64,000 nucleotides of DNA. It comes from an uncultured SAR116 cluster alpha proteobacterium. Its GTDB lineage: Bacteria; Pseudomonadota; Alphaproteobacteria; Puniceispirillales; Marisalimonadaceae. This document shows, one piece after another, positions 9,883-19,858 of the stretch (position 1 is the first letter of the stretch; the number at the start of each line of letters is the position of its first letter). Under the pieces are notes generated by a model. It made no database searches and was not told the origin of the DNA. It saw nothing but the letters and a program-made list of their open reading frames with translations. The stretch lies in contig CACHEH010000005.1 of NCBI GenBank assembly GCA_902578805.1, positions 5,500-69,499 on the forward strand, in the 5' to 3' direction. The translations under genes and the position numbers were made by a program.

Positions 9883-11265
9883 ATGGAAAACATGACCGAA
9901 AAGTTTGCTGAGTTTTGTGCTGAAATTAGATACGAAAATTTATCTTCTGACGTTATAAAAAGAACAAAATTGTTAATTCTTGATACTGTTGGAATAATAA
10001 TTCGAGCAAGACATGATGCAGAATCAACTGCTAGTTTAGTTGCAGCAATCGATAGATTAGAAATGAGTAATGGAAGTTGCCAAGTTTTTTCAGATAAAAA
10101 CAGTTACTCACCTAGTGCGGCTGCTCTACTTAATGGAACTTTAGCTCATTCTCTTGATTTTGATGACACTCATGCAGAAGCCTCTTTACATTCCAGCGCC
10201 CCAATACTTTCTGCCGCCTTGGCTGCGGCACAAATGAATAAATCATCAGGACAAGAGTTAATAACAGCATGTGTTGCTGGTTATGAAATACAAATAAGAC
10301 TTGGATTAGCTGGAGGCTCATCAGCGCATTATAAAAAAGGATTTCATCCAACTGCTACATGTGGTGTGTTTGGGGCTGTAGCTTCAGCGGGCTACCTTAT
10401 GGGCTTAACAAAAGATCAGTTTGTTTCTGCATTTGGAATAGCCCTAAGTCAATCAGCTGGATCGATGCAATTTTTAACAGATGGTGCTTGGACAAAAAGA
10501 TCGCATGTAGGACAAGCAGCACAAAACGGTCTAAATTGTGCAACAATGGCGGCAGAAGGTTTCAAAGGTCCTTCTCAAGCTTTTGAGGGTCAGTGGGGTT
10601 ATTTACATGCATATGCTTCAGGAGGAGACACAAAAAAAGCATTAGACGGTTTAGGAAACAAATTTGAAACACTTAACTTAGGAGTAAAACCTTATCCATC
10701 TTGTAGATATAGTCATGCAGCAATTGATGGGATAATAGATCTAAAAAAAGAATTGGATTTCTCTATTGATGATTTAGATGATATTGATATTGGTCTGTCC
10801 GAAACGGCATTGAATATAATTGGTTATCCTTTAGAGGATAAACAAAATCCAAAAAGTATTGTTGATGGGCAATTTTCAATGCCTTTTTGTGCTGCTGTAG
10901 CTGCTAAAAGTGGTGGATTAAAGTGGGATGATTATAAAGATCACTTAAATAACAATCACACACTAGCGCTATGTAACAAAATAAAAGTAAATCCTGATAA
11001 AGATGCTGAGAAGTGCTGTCCAGAATTTATGAGTGCAAAGGTAAAAATGGTGGTAAAAGGAAAGAATTATGAAAAGTTTGTAAAGATTCCAAAAGGAGAA
11101 CCAGAAAACTTTATGAAAGACGAAGAATTTATATCAAAGTTTAAAGGTTTAACAGAACCATACTTATCAAATGAAAGAGTTAACCAGTTGACAGATTTAA
11201 TGCTTAAAATTGATCAAGCAAATAATGTAAATTCAATATTTGAGTATAGTCAGATAGATCTATAA
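9883..11265 (+). CDS. MmgE/PrpD family protein, second paralog
   Basis: LNGTLAHSLDFDDTH, GFHPT, KPYPSCRYSH, PKGEPEN motifs; GAGGAG RBS. Confidence 0.92.
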   Translation: MENMTEKFAEFCAEIRYENLSSDVIKRTKLLILDTVGIIIRARHDAESTASLVAAIDRLEMSNGSCQVFSDKNSYSPSAAALLNGTLAHSLDFDDTHAEASLHSSAPILSAALAAAQMNKSSGQELITACVAGYEIQIRLGLAGGSSAHYKKGFHPTATCGVFGAVASAGYLMGLTKDQFVSAFGIALSQSAGSMQFLTDGAWTKRSHVGQAAQNGLNCATMAAEGFKGPSQAFEGQWGYLHAYASGGDTKKALDGLGNKFETLNLGVKPYPSCRYSHAAIDGIIDLKKELDFSIDDLDDIDIGLSETALNIIGYPLEDKQNPKSIVDGQFSMPFCAAVAAKSGGLKWDDYKDHLNNNHTLALCNKIKVNPDKDAEKCCPEFMSAKVKMVVKGKNYEKFVKIPKGEPENFMKDEEFISKFKGLTEPYLSNERVNQLTDLMLKIDQANNVNSIFEYSQIDL

Positions 11266-11286
11266 TCATTAATTTAGGAGATATTA

Positions 11287-12459
11287 ATGAATGAACATAA
11301 AATAATTGAAGTCGAAAATGAAAAATCAGATTCTGAAGATAATTTAATAATTGAAACTGTAAATAAATTCTTAGAAAAAGATGTAAAACCTTATGTAAAA
11401 GAATTTGAGTCACAAGACAAATATCCACAAGATATTGCTGATAAAATGGCAGATCTAGGTCTCTTTGGTGCTACAATTTCTCCTAAGTATGGTGGTTTAG
11501 GTTTGTCAGCAGTTACTTACTCAAAAATAGTAGAAAATGTTTCTGCTGTATGGATGTCAGTTTCTGGTATCTTTAATTCTCATCTTATAATGTGTGCTGC
11601 TGTAGAAAGATTTGGCACTGAAGAGATGAAAAGAAATTATCTTCCTAAGTTTGCTACTGGAGAGATAAGAGGTGGTATCGCACTTACGGAACCAGATTGC
11701 GGTACTGACCTTCAATCGATAAAAACTAAAGCAAAAAAAGTTGGGAACGAATATATTATTGATGGTACAAAAACATGGATTACAAACTCAGTTCAAGGAA
11801 CTATTTTAGCTGTTTTAGTAAAAACGAATACTGAAATTCAACCAGCCCATAAAGGTATGAGTTTAATTCTTGTTGAAAAGAAAGATGGATTTGTATCAAG
11901 AAAACTCAAAAAATTGGGTTACAGGGGAATTGATACAGGAGAAGTTCAACTTGAAAATGTAAAGGTACCAACTTCTAACTTGATTGGTGAAATAGAAGGA
12001 AAAGGGCTCAAACAAATTTTGGCGGGTCTTGAATTAGGAAGAATTAATGTAGCTGCACGCGGCGTAGGTGTGGCTAGAGCCTCTCTCGAAGATTCAATAG
12101 AATATGCAAAAATAAGGAAGACATTTGGAAAACCAATTAGTGAACACCAAGCAATTCAAATTAAATTAGCTGAGATGGCAACGAAACTTGAGGCTTCTAG
12201 ATTATTAACTGAACAAGCTGCAAAGGCATATGATTCTGGTAATAGATCAGATTTACAAGCTGGAATGGCAAAGCTTTTTGCTACTGAGACAGCATTGTTT
12301 AACTCTACAGAAGCAATGAGAATTCATGGTGGGTTTGGGTATTCACCGGAGTATAACATTGAGAGATATTATAGGGATGCTCCTTTGTTGGCTATTGGTG
12401 AGGGAACTAATGAGCTTCAAAAATTGATAATAGCTAAGCAACTTGTGTCTGAAGATTAA
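11287..12459 (+). CDS. Acyl-CoA dehydrogenase
   Basis: ALTEPDCGTD, GTKTWITN, KKLGYRG, IHGGFGY, IGEGTNELQ motifs. Confidence 0.93.
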   Translation: MNEHKIIEVENEKSDSEDNLIIETVNKFLEKDVKPYVKEFESQDKYPQDIADKMADLGLFGATISPKYGGLGLSAVTYSKIVENVSAVWMSVSGIFNSHLIMCAAVERFGTEEMKRNYLPKFATGEIRGGIALTEPDCGTDLQSIKTKAKKVGNEYIIDGTKTWITNSVQGTILAVLVKTNTEIQPAHKGMSLILVEKKDGFVSRKLKKLGYRGIDTGEVQLENVKVPTSNLIGEIEGKGLKQILAGLELGRINVAARGVGVARASLEDSIEYAKIRKTFGKPISEHQAIQIKLAEMATKLEASRLLTEQAAKAYDSGNRSDLQAGMAKLFATETALFNSTEAMRIHGGFGYSPEYNIERYYRDAPLLAIGEGTNELQKLIIAKQLVSED

Positions 12460-12464
12460 AATAT

Positions 12465-12812
12465 CTAAGATAAAAATATTCCAACGCTAAAGAAGAGCAC
12501 ACCTATTGCTAAACCAAAAATTGGTTTTTTTGGGAAAAATAAAAATATAATTATACCAATTAGAAAAGGTACTATTCTTTCAATTAATTCAGTTTCGGCC
12601 AATGCTCCTGTTGGGAAAATTATGATTCTAGTCATTAAAGCTGTCGTCATAGCAAATGCAATAGCATTGATCCATTTTGCAAAAAAACTATCTTTTTGTA
12701 TTTTACTAGATAAAACTACTCCTAAAAATCTCCAAACAAAAATACCTGAGCTAGCGACTAAAAGCATTATCCAAGGCATTATTTCAGGTATAATTATTGA
12801 ATTCTCATACAT
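12465..12812 (-). CDS. azlD: AzlD domain branched-chain amino acid export protein
   Basis: Small hydrophobic protein with WRFLG motif, overlapping end of azlC. Confidence 0.7.
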   Translation of the reverse strand: MYENSIIIPEIMPWIMLLVASSGIFVWRFLGVVLSSKIQKDSFFAKWINAIAFAMTTALMTRIIIFPTGALAETELIERIVPFLIGIIIFLFFPKKPIFGLAIGVLFFSVGIFLS

Positions 12813-13530
12813 TAATTTTATCCTTATTCAAAAAATAACTGATCATCAAGCCAACGGAACCGCCAACTAATCCTGCAACAATCAAACTCCAATCACCAAT
12901 ATATGGAAATAAAAGGGGCCCGATAATCCCTCCAGTAACAACTGCTAATCTGTAATAAATTTCAATAGCTCTTAGCATTAAGATAGTTAAATATAATGGC
13001 ATTATAAATACGGGAATAGAAACAATATCATTAGGTAAAAAATCATATAATTTGTAACCAATAATTGTTGTAGTTGAATTAAATATTACCAATGCCAAAC
13101 TAAGACCCTGAAAAAATTTAAATAAATCTTTTTCGTCTATTTCATTTTTTACTTTGGTTAATTCAGCCCAACCAGTGGGACTAATGAGGTGAGCCCAAAA
13201 TAATTTTGTAATGAAAGATAATTTATGTTTGTGAATATTCATTAATGTAAGGCCAGATAAGACCAAAAAGAATTGTCTCATGTTAGCCAATAAAACAGTA
13301 GTAAATAGCAAGAAGATTGGTGTGCCTATTGAAAAAAGAGACACAAAAATAACCATACCAGGCATGCTCCATAAAATTAAAACTGAACCTAAACAAAGAT
13401 ATAGATCTAGTCCAGCTTCTGCAGCAAAAACACCATATCCAAACATTGCTGAGCTCATTCCTATGCCAGGGAAACCAAAGCCAGTAAAAATACCTTTTTT
13501 AAAAGGGGTATATTTTCTTTTCATAGACAA
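12805..13530 (-). CDS. azlC: AzlC family permease
   Basis: Multi-TM protein with FGYGVFA, PGMVIF and LLANMRQ patterns; paired with azlD. Confidence 0.75.
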   Translation of the reverse strand: MSMKRKYTPFKKGIFTGFGFPGIGMSSAMFGYGVFAAEAGLDLYLCLGSVLILWSMPGMVIFVSLFSIGTPIFLLFTTVLLANMRQFFLVLSGLTLMNIHKHKLSFITKLFWAHLISPTGWAELTKVKNEIDEKDLFKFFQGLSLALVIFNSTTTIIGYKLYDFLPNDIVSIPVFIMPLYLTILMLRAIEIYYRLAVVTGGIIGPLLFPYIGDWSLIVAGLVGGSVGLMISYFLNKDKINV

Positions 13531-13541
13531 ATTTTTCTTAT

Positions 13542-13928
13542 TTAAATTTTTGCTACTAGATCAATCTCAACTGAAGCACCTACAGCAAGTCCAGTTACAC
13601 CAATACATGTTCTAGCAGGAAGTTTGTCTTCATTGAAATAGGATTTATAAATTTTATTGACTTTGTCGAAGTCTTGGAAGTTAACTAAATATACTCTTAC
13701 GAAAGTTACTCTCTCGAGAGAAGAGCCACAACTATCTAAAACACTAATTAGATTTTTCATAACTTGATGTGTTTGTTTTTCAACATCATTACTTACTAAT
13801 ACGTCAGGATTTTCTGGCAATGTTGGCATTTGTCCAGTAATAAAAATAAATTCACCAGCTTTAACAGCATGACTAAATGGGCCAACTCTTTTAGGTCCAT
13901 TTTCAAATACTAAATGTTCTATGTCCAA
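13542..13928 (-). CDS. RidA/YjgF family enamine-imine deaminase
   Basis: GPFSHAV, ITGQMP, PARTCIGV, VEIDLVA motifs. Confidence 0.9.
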   Translation of the reverse strand: MDIEHLVFENGPKRVGPFSHAVKAGEFIFITGQMPTLPENPDVLVSNDVEKQTHQVMKNLISVLDSCGSSLERVTFVRVYLVNFQDFDKVNKIYKSYFNEDKLPARTCIGVTGLAVGASVEIDLVAKI

Positions 13929-14005
13929 TCGATTACTCCAATAAAGATTAATGTTGTCAAAAAGGCTAATTCAAATAAACTTTGCATTAACAGGGGGATT
14001 TTTCA

Positions 14006-14767
14006 ATGAGATTTACAAACAAAACTGTGTTTATTACTGGAGCAGCAGGTGGAATTGGTCGTCAAACAGGTTTAAGTTTTGCAAAAGAAGGTGCAAATGT
14101 AGCTGTTTCAGATTTAGATTTTGATATGGCTAGCAGGGTGGCTAAAGAAATAAAATCTGCAGGTGGTAATGCTGAGCCATTTAAATTAGATGTAACAAAT
14201 CAAAATGAAACTATTGAAAACATGAAAAATGCATATGAACATTTTGGAAGCTTAGATATTGCATTTTGTAATGCCGGAATAAGGGAGATTGTATCTCCAT
14301 TAGAATTGTCTATTAAAGAATGGAGAAAGGTTATTGATATAAATGTTACTGGGGTTTTTATAACTGCACAAACATTTGCAAAGCACTGCATCGAAAAACA
14401 AATAAAGGGTAATATAGTAATTACTTCTTCGACTTTAAGCGTTACCTCCGCACCAAATAGGTGTGCTTACACTGCTTCTAAACATGCAACTGCTGGAATA
14501 ACTAAGCAATTAGCTGTAGATTTAGCAAAGTATGACATTAGAGTAAATGCTGTTGGACCAGGTGTTATTAGAACTCCATTAACAGAAAGGTACTTTCAAG
14601 ATGAGGAAGCTTCTCAAAAAGTAAGGAATTTGCACGCTATGAAACGTTGGGGAGAACCTAATGAAATTTCTAGTGCAGTATTATATCTTGCAAGTGACGA
14701 AGCAAGTTTTTGTACTGGAACAAATTTAATCGTAGATGGTGGATGGACAGCTGGAAAAGACTGGTAG
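14006..14767 (+). CDS. SDR family NAD(P)-dependent oxidoreductase
   Basis: TGAAGGIG, NAG, YTASK, NAVGPG, VDGG motifs. Confidence 0.93.
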   Translation: MRFTNKTVFITGAAGGIGRQTGLSFAKEGANVAVSDLDFDMASRVAKEIKSAGGNAEPFKLDVTNQNETIENMKNAYEHFGSLDIAFCNAGIREIVSPLELSIKEWRKVIDINVTGVFITAQTFAKHCIEKQIKGNIVITSSTLSVTSAPNRCAYTASKHATAGITKQLAVDLAKYDIRVNAVGPGVIRTPLTERYFQDEEASQKVRNLHAMKRWGEPNEISSAVLYLASDEASFCTGTNLIVDGGWTAGKDW

Positions 14768-15607
14768 TCAACTAATTTTATTTAAAACTGGATGTAAGTA
14801 TTTAAGAAATTCTTTTGGATTTTCACTCATTGGAAAATGGCCTACATTTTTCATTTTGATCATTTCGATACCAATAGTGTCAGCTAGAGATTTTGTTTCC
14901 TCGGGTGTTGCTGAGTAATCATATTCACCAGTTAATAAATAAATTGGACATTTTGAATTATCAATTTTTTTTATTTCATTTCCAATATTTCCATCGAACT
15001 TATAAAAGAATAAATCTCCCTTAAAAATTCCAGGTCCACCTTGCATGTAATGCCACATAGTTTCAAACTTATCACTTTCAGGACTTGTTGGTGCCATTAA
15101 GCCATAAGCAATGCCTCCGCAGACTTCTCCTCCATGCACATCTTGTCTGTGTAACCAATTGATATCGTAATAAGGATCCAAATGACCAGCACTTTGAAGC
15201 CCAATTAATGCTCTAAATTTATCTGGAAAATTTATTGCTAAATGAAGAATAATTCTTCCTCCTATAGAACAGCCCATTACAACAGGCTTCACTAATTCTA
15301 AACCATTTATGAAGCTCATAATTTGAGAAATATAAAAGTCAGTTGATAGTTTATAATTTCCAACTTTAGCATTTTCGGGTGGCGAAGATTTTCCATGCCA
15401 TGGCATATCAAATACAATTACCCTAAACTTTTCTAATAATTTTTTATTATTCAAAAGAGCTCTATATTGTCTACCATCAGATCCCGCGGTATGTAGGCAA
15501 ACTAAAGGAATACCCTGACCGGCTTCTTCCCAATATATCCTATAGTCAATACCGTCAATTTTAAATTTTCCATATTGACCAGAAATAGGTTCTTTTTCAA
15601 TTTTCAT
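14768..15607 (-). CDS. Alpha/beta hydrolase
   Basis: LHTAG oxyanion region, GCSIGG nucleophile elbow, GEYD, GHFPM. Confidence 0.88.
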   Translation of the reverse strand: MKIEKEPISGQYGKFKIDGIDYRIYWEEAGQGIPLVCLHTAGSDGRQYRALLNNKKLLEKFRVIVFDMPWHGKSSPPENAKVGNYKLSTDFYISQIMSFINGLELVKPVVMGCSIGGRIILHLAINFPDKFRALIGLQSAGHLDPYYDINWLHRQDVHGGEVCGGIAYGLMAPTSPESDKFETMWHYMQGGPGIFKGDLFFYKFDGNIGNEIKKIDNSKCPIYLLTGEYDYSATPEETKSLADTIGIEMIKMKNVGHFPMSENPKEFLKYLHPVLNKIS

Positions 15608-15971
15608 TTTTACTCTCCGCTGGTCTTAGGGAGGCCAGAAGTAATTTGAAGTATAGTAAGTGAGACATTAAAGGATGGAGATCTCCTTCAAATTTCAAAA
15701 CTTTCCTTCTAAGCATTGCAATAATATCATGAGACCCCGGTTGAGGCGTTTGTTGTAAAAATTTTAGCCACTCGTTTTTAGGTGCAGTTAATTTAAAGAC
15801 ATAGCTTGGCATTACAAAAGGTCCTTCTTCTACATTTTTTACAACTCCTTTTTCAATATTTACTAAATACTCGTTCTCGATTGTACTAATCATAAAACAT
15901 GTATTTAGATATTGAGCCATCATAGAGAGTTGGCTTCGTTTTTCATTTTTTTCTATTAAAGATTTAAACAT
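15597..15971 (-). CDS. Hypothetical protein, possible SCP2-like (sterol carrier) fold
   Basis: 124 aa ORF overlapping the hydrolase start; ends with LKFEGDL pattern typical of SCP2-like domains. Confidence 0.55.
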   Translation of the reverse strand: MFKSLIEKNEKRSQLSMMAQYLNTCFMISTIENEYLVNIEKGVVKNVEEGPFVMPSYVFKLTAPKNEWLKFLQQTPQPGSHDIIAMLRRKVLKFEGDLHPLMSHLLYFKLLLASLRPAESKNEN

Positions 15972-16074
15972 AAAATTCTCAAAACAAATTCAATAAAGTT
16001 TTACATAAAATTAAATTATTACCAATTAGATTTTTATTTTGATATGTTAATTAAAAATAAGATTGGAGGGTCTT

Positions 16075-17622
16075 ATGAACGGAGCAGTAAGTTTAGTTGG
16101 TACCTTATTAGAAGGTAATGTTGAAGTCTGTTTTACCAATCCTGGAACATCAGAAATGCATTTCGTTGCAGCTTTAGATAAATATCAAAATATGCGAAGC
16201 GTTTTATGTCTTTTTGAGGGATGTGCTACTGGTGCTGCTGATGGTTACTTTAGAATGAGAAGGTCACCAGCATCAACTTTACTACATTTAGGTCCTGGAT
16301 TAGCAAATGGCCTTGCAAACCTACACAATGCAAAAAAAGCTAATTCAGGAGTTGTAAATATAGTAGGCGAGCACGCTCTTGATCATATAAAATTAAATGC
16401 TCCGTTAACTTCAGATATTGAAGGAATAGCGAAGCCAGTCTCCCATTGGGTAAAAACAAGTAAATCTTCAAAAGATATTGCAAAGGATGGTGCTGAAGCT
16501 ATTAGACAAGCAAATGTAAAACCAGGGCAAATTGCAACTTTAATCTTGCCTGGTGATACTGCATGGAATGAAGGAAGCAATATTGAAACGATTGAGTTAA
16601 ATAAGAAATCTAACATTGTTTCTTCTAAATTAATTGAAGAAGCAATCTTAGAACTTCAAGAAGCAAAGAATCCTCTAATACTAGTTGGTGGTGAGGCTTT
16701 AGAAGAAAACAACCTTATTAAATTGGCAAAAGTAGCGGACAAAGTAGGCTGTCCAATTAAAACTGATTGGTTTAATGCCCGTTTAGATAAAGGTGCGGGA
16801 AGAATAAATTCAGTAAGAATACCGTACGTCGTAGATAAGGCAGTTGAAGTTCTTAGAGACTTTGACACCATAATAATAATAGGAGCTAGAAGACCAGTTG
16901 CCTTTTTTGCATATCCAAATAAGCCTGGAGTTTTAACACAAGATTCTACTAAATTTTTTGAATTAGCTTCTATTTCAGATGATATCACTACAGTTGTCGA
17001 AGAGTTATCAGATAAAATTGGGATATCAAATAATACTCCAAGTACTATTTCAAAATTTGATATTCCAGACATTCCTAAAGGTCCAATTAACCCAATGTCA
17101 TTGGGAATGGTATTAGGAGCATTAATCCCAGAAAATGCTATTATAGTTGATGAATCTGTAACTACTGGAAGAGAATTCTTTTATCAAACCTCAGGATCAC
17201 ACCCACATACATGGCTGAATAACTGTGGAGGGTCTATAGGATTTGGTATGCCTGTAGCAATTGGAGCGGCAATATCATCTCCTGATCAAAAAGTTATCTC
17301 TTTAGAAGGTGATGGAAGCGCCATGTATACTGTCCAATCTTTATGGACTATGGCAAGAGAAAATTTAGACATAGTTGTACTAATTTTTGCAAACCAAAGT
17401 TACAAGATCCTTCAAGGAGAATTAACAAACGTAGGTGTTGATAACCCAGAAAAATCGGCAATGGAAATGTTGTCTTTAAAAGATCCAGCATTAGATTGGG
17501 TCTCTATATCAAAGGGAATGGGAGTAGACGCCGTTAAAGTTGAAAACATTGAAGATTTAGTAAAATATTTTAAACATGGACTTAAAGAAAAAGGCCCATT
17601 TCTAATTGAAGTTTTGATTTAA
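16075..17622 (+). CDS. ThDP-dependent enzyme, acetolactate synthase large subunit-like
   Basis: NPGTSEMH, LFEG, GDGSAMY...N ThDP motif; start set at ATG 16075 because GGAGG lies at 16065-16069. Confidence 0.88.
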   Translation: MNGAVSLVGTLLEGNVEVCFTNPGTSEMHFVAALDKYQNMRSVLCLFEGCATGAADGYFRMRRSPASTLLHLGPGLANGLANLHNAKKANSGVVNIVGEHALDHIKLNAPLTSDIEGIAKPVSHWVKTSKSSKDIAKDGAEAIRQANVKPGQIATLILPGDTAWNEGSNIETIELNKKSNIVSSKLIEEAILELQEAKNPLILVGGEALEENNLIKLAKVADKVGCPIKTDWFNARLDKGAGRINSVRIPYVVDKAVEVLRDFDTIIIIGARRPVAFFAYPNKPGVLTQDSTKFFELASISDDITTVVEELSDKIGISNNTPSTISKFDIPDIPKGPINPMSLGMVLGALIPENAIIVDESVTTGREFFYQTSGSHPHTWLNNCGGSIGFGMPVAIGAAISSPDQKVISLEGDGSAMYTVQSLWTMARENLDIVVLIFANQSYKILQGELTNVGVDNPEKSAMEMLSLKDPALDWVSISKGMGVDAVKVENIEDLVKYFKHGLKEKGPFLIEVLI

Positions 17623-17631
17623 ATATTTTTA

Positions 17632-17649
17632 ATGTAATAAATTTGAAAT
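17632..17649 (+). promoter_or_regulatory. Putative Pho box upstream of ppk1
   Basis: ATGTAAT-AAAT-TTGAAAT, two half-sites with 11-bp period. Confidence 0.5.
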
Positions 17650-17723
17650 ATAAATTATTTACAAAGACATAGTTTTGAGAATTCATCTGGTTTAAATTGA
17701 TGAGATTAAGTTAGATTTGCCAA

Positions 17724-19856
17724 ATGAAACTCAAAACCTCAAATCCTGAGGTTAGATTGTCTTTAAATAAAATCACAAAAAAATTAATTAATAATCAAAA
17801 TGACAGATATTTTGACAGAGAAATTAGCTGGTTATCTTTTAATGAAAGAGTTTTACTACAAGCATATGATAAGACAATTCCTTATGGTGAAAGACTTAGA
17901 TTTGTAACAATTTCTTCAGAAAATTTAGATGAATTTTATATGGTTCGAATAGCTGGGCTACATCAGCTTATAAGTCAAGGTTTCAATACAGTTCCTGAAA
18001 CTGGGATGAGGGCAGATGAATTATTAAAAACAGTACTTAATGCTTCCAAAGATTTAAAAAATAAACAGCAAAGATGTTTGAATTATTTATTAAATGAAAA
18101 GGAAGATTGTGATGTTTCAATTTTGTTTGACAATAAATGGACTAAAAACGAATTAGAATGGCTTAAAGAATATTATGAACAAAATATTCTACCTCTTTTA
18201 ACTCCTACCACGTTAGACCCTGCACACCCTTTTCCTTTTATCCAAAATAAAGGTAAATGTGTATTAATGGAGATGAAAGATACAAAAAACAAAAATATAA
18301 ATTGTGTAGTTTTACTTCCTGATAATGTAGATAGATTTATAAGATTACCTGGTGAGCATCAGAGATATGCTATGCTGGAGACCTTAGTTACAAAGTTTGT
18401 TCATTTAATTTATCCTGAATATAAATTATTAAAATCAGGCATGTTTAGAGTGATCAGAGATGCCGAAATTGAAATAGATGATGAAGCAGATGACTTAATA
18501 GGGCAATTTGAAACTGCAATTAAAGCCAGAAAAAGAGGTGGTATTGTATCCTTAACCTTTTCTCACGATTTATCTAAATCTGCTCAAAAACTCTTAACCA
18601 GGCAATTAAATATCCCTGACGATCATATATATGTTGCGCAAGGATTTGTTGGGATCAATGACTTTACGGAAATAATAAATAATCTTCCCAAACAAAATTT
18701 ATTTAAACCGTACAAACCTAGAATGCCACAAAGAATATTAGACTTTAAAGGAGATTGCTTTTCGGCAATTAAAAATAAAGAGATAATTGTTCATCACCCT
18801 TACGAAAGTTTTGATGTAGTTTTAAGTTTGCTCCAACAGGCAGCTATTGATAAAAATGTTTTGACGATACGACAAACGTTATACAGGACTTCACCTGACT
18901 CTTCTATCGTGCAAGCATTGGTATCCGCTGCTGAATCAGGAAAATCTGTTATTGCAGTAATTGAGCTGAAAGCTCGATTTGATGAAGAAAATAATGTCCA
19001 ACTAGCTAGAGTATTAGAACAAGCTGGTGCGCAAGTTGCTTACGGCCTAGTTGATTTAAAAGTACATGCAAAATTATCTCTAATAACAAGAAAAGAGGGT
19101 AAAAAATTAGTTTCTTATGCTCATTGTGGAACTGGTAATTATCATCCACATACTGCTAAAATTTATACTGACTTTTCGTTATTCACTATCGATAAAAATA
19201 TTTGTGAGGATGCTAGATCAGTATTTAATTTTCTTACCAGTCATGTTCAACCAAAACAATTAAATAAGATGATCATTTCACCCAACTCTTCTTATGATTG
19301 GTTAATTGAGAAAATTAATTATGAAACACAAAATGCTAAAGATGGTTTTGAAAGTGGAATTTGGATTAAATGTAATGCGATTGTAGATCAAAAAATAATT
19401 GAAAAATTCTATGAAGCATCTAATGCAGGGGTAAAAATTCACTTGATGGTTAGGGGTATTTGCTGCCTACGCCCTAATGTTAAAGGAATGTCTGAAAACA
19501 TTACAGTAACTGCAATTATAGGAAGATTTCTTGAACATGGGAGAATTTATGTTTTTGCGAATAAAGGAAAATTTCAGTCTGAAAGTAATTTAGTTTATAT
19601 ATCATCTGCTGATATAATGCCTCGTAATCTATACCATAGAGTTGAAGCTTTTATACCTTTAGAAAATAAAACAGTTCGAAGTCAAATCCTAGATCAAGTA
19701 TTACCGGCTTTAATAAATGACACAAAAAACACTTGGAAATTAAATAAAAATGGAGAATACTCCAAAAAAAAATATAAGGACAAAACATTTTGTGCGCACA
19801 CTTATTTTATGAAAAACCCAAGTTTATCAGGTCAGGGAAGCTTAGCTAAAATATAA
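17724..19856 (+). CDS. ppk1: Polyphosphate kinase 1
   Basis: REISWLSFNERVL, NLDEFYMVR, HHPYESF, ELKARFDEENN, KVHAK, GRFLEH motifs. Confidence 0.97.
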   Translation: MKLKTSNPEVRLSLNKITKKLINNQNDRYFDREISWLSFNERVLLQAYDKTIPYGERLRFVTISSENLDEFYMVRIAGLHQLISQGFNTVPETGMRADELLKTVLNASKDLKNKQQRCLNYLLNEKEDCDVSILFDNKWTKNELEWLKEYYEQNILPLLTPTTLDPAHPFPFIQNKGKCVLMEMKDTKNKNINCVVLLPDNVDRFIRLPGEHQRYAMLETLVTKFVHLIYPEYKLLKSGMFRVIRDAEIEIDDEADDLIGQFETAIKARKRGGIVSLTFSHDLSKSAQKLLTRQLNIPDDHIYVAQGFVGINDFTEIINNLPKQNLFKPYKPRMPQRILDFKGDCFSAIKNKEIIVHHPYESFDVVLSLLQQAAIDKNVLTIRQTLYRTSPDSSIVQALVSAAESGKSVIAVIELKARFDEENNVQLARVLEQAGAQVAYGLVDLKVHAKLSLITRKEGKKLVSYAHCGTGNYHPHTAKIYTDFSLFTIDKNICEDARSVFNFLTSHVQPKQLNKMIISPNSSYDWLIEKINYETQNAKDGFESGIWIKCNAIVDQKIIEKFYEASNAGVKIHLMVRGICCLRPNVKGMSENITVTAIIGRFLEHGRIYVFANKGKFQSESNLVYISSADIMPRNLYHRVEAFIPLENKTVRSQILDQVLPALINDTKNTWKLNKNGEYSKKKYKDKTFCAHTYFMKNPSLSGQGSLAKI

Positions 19857-19858
19857 AT

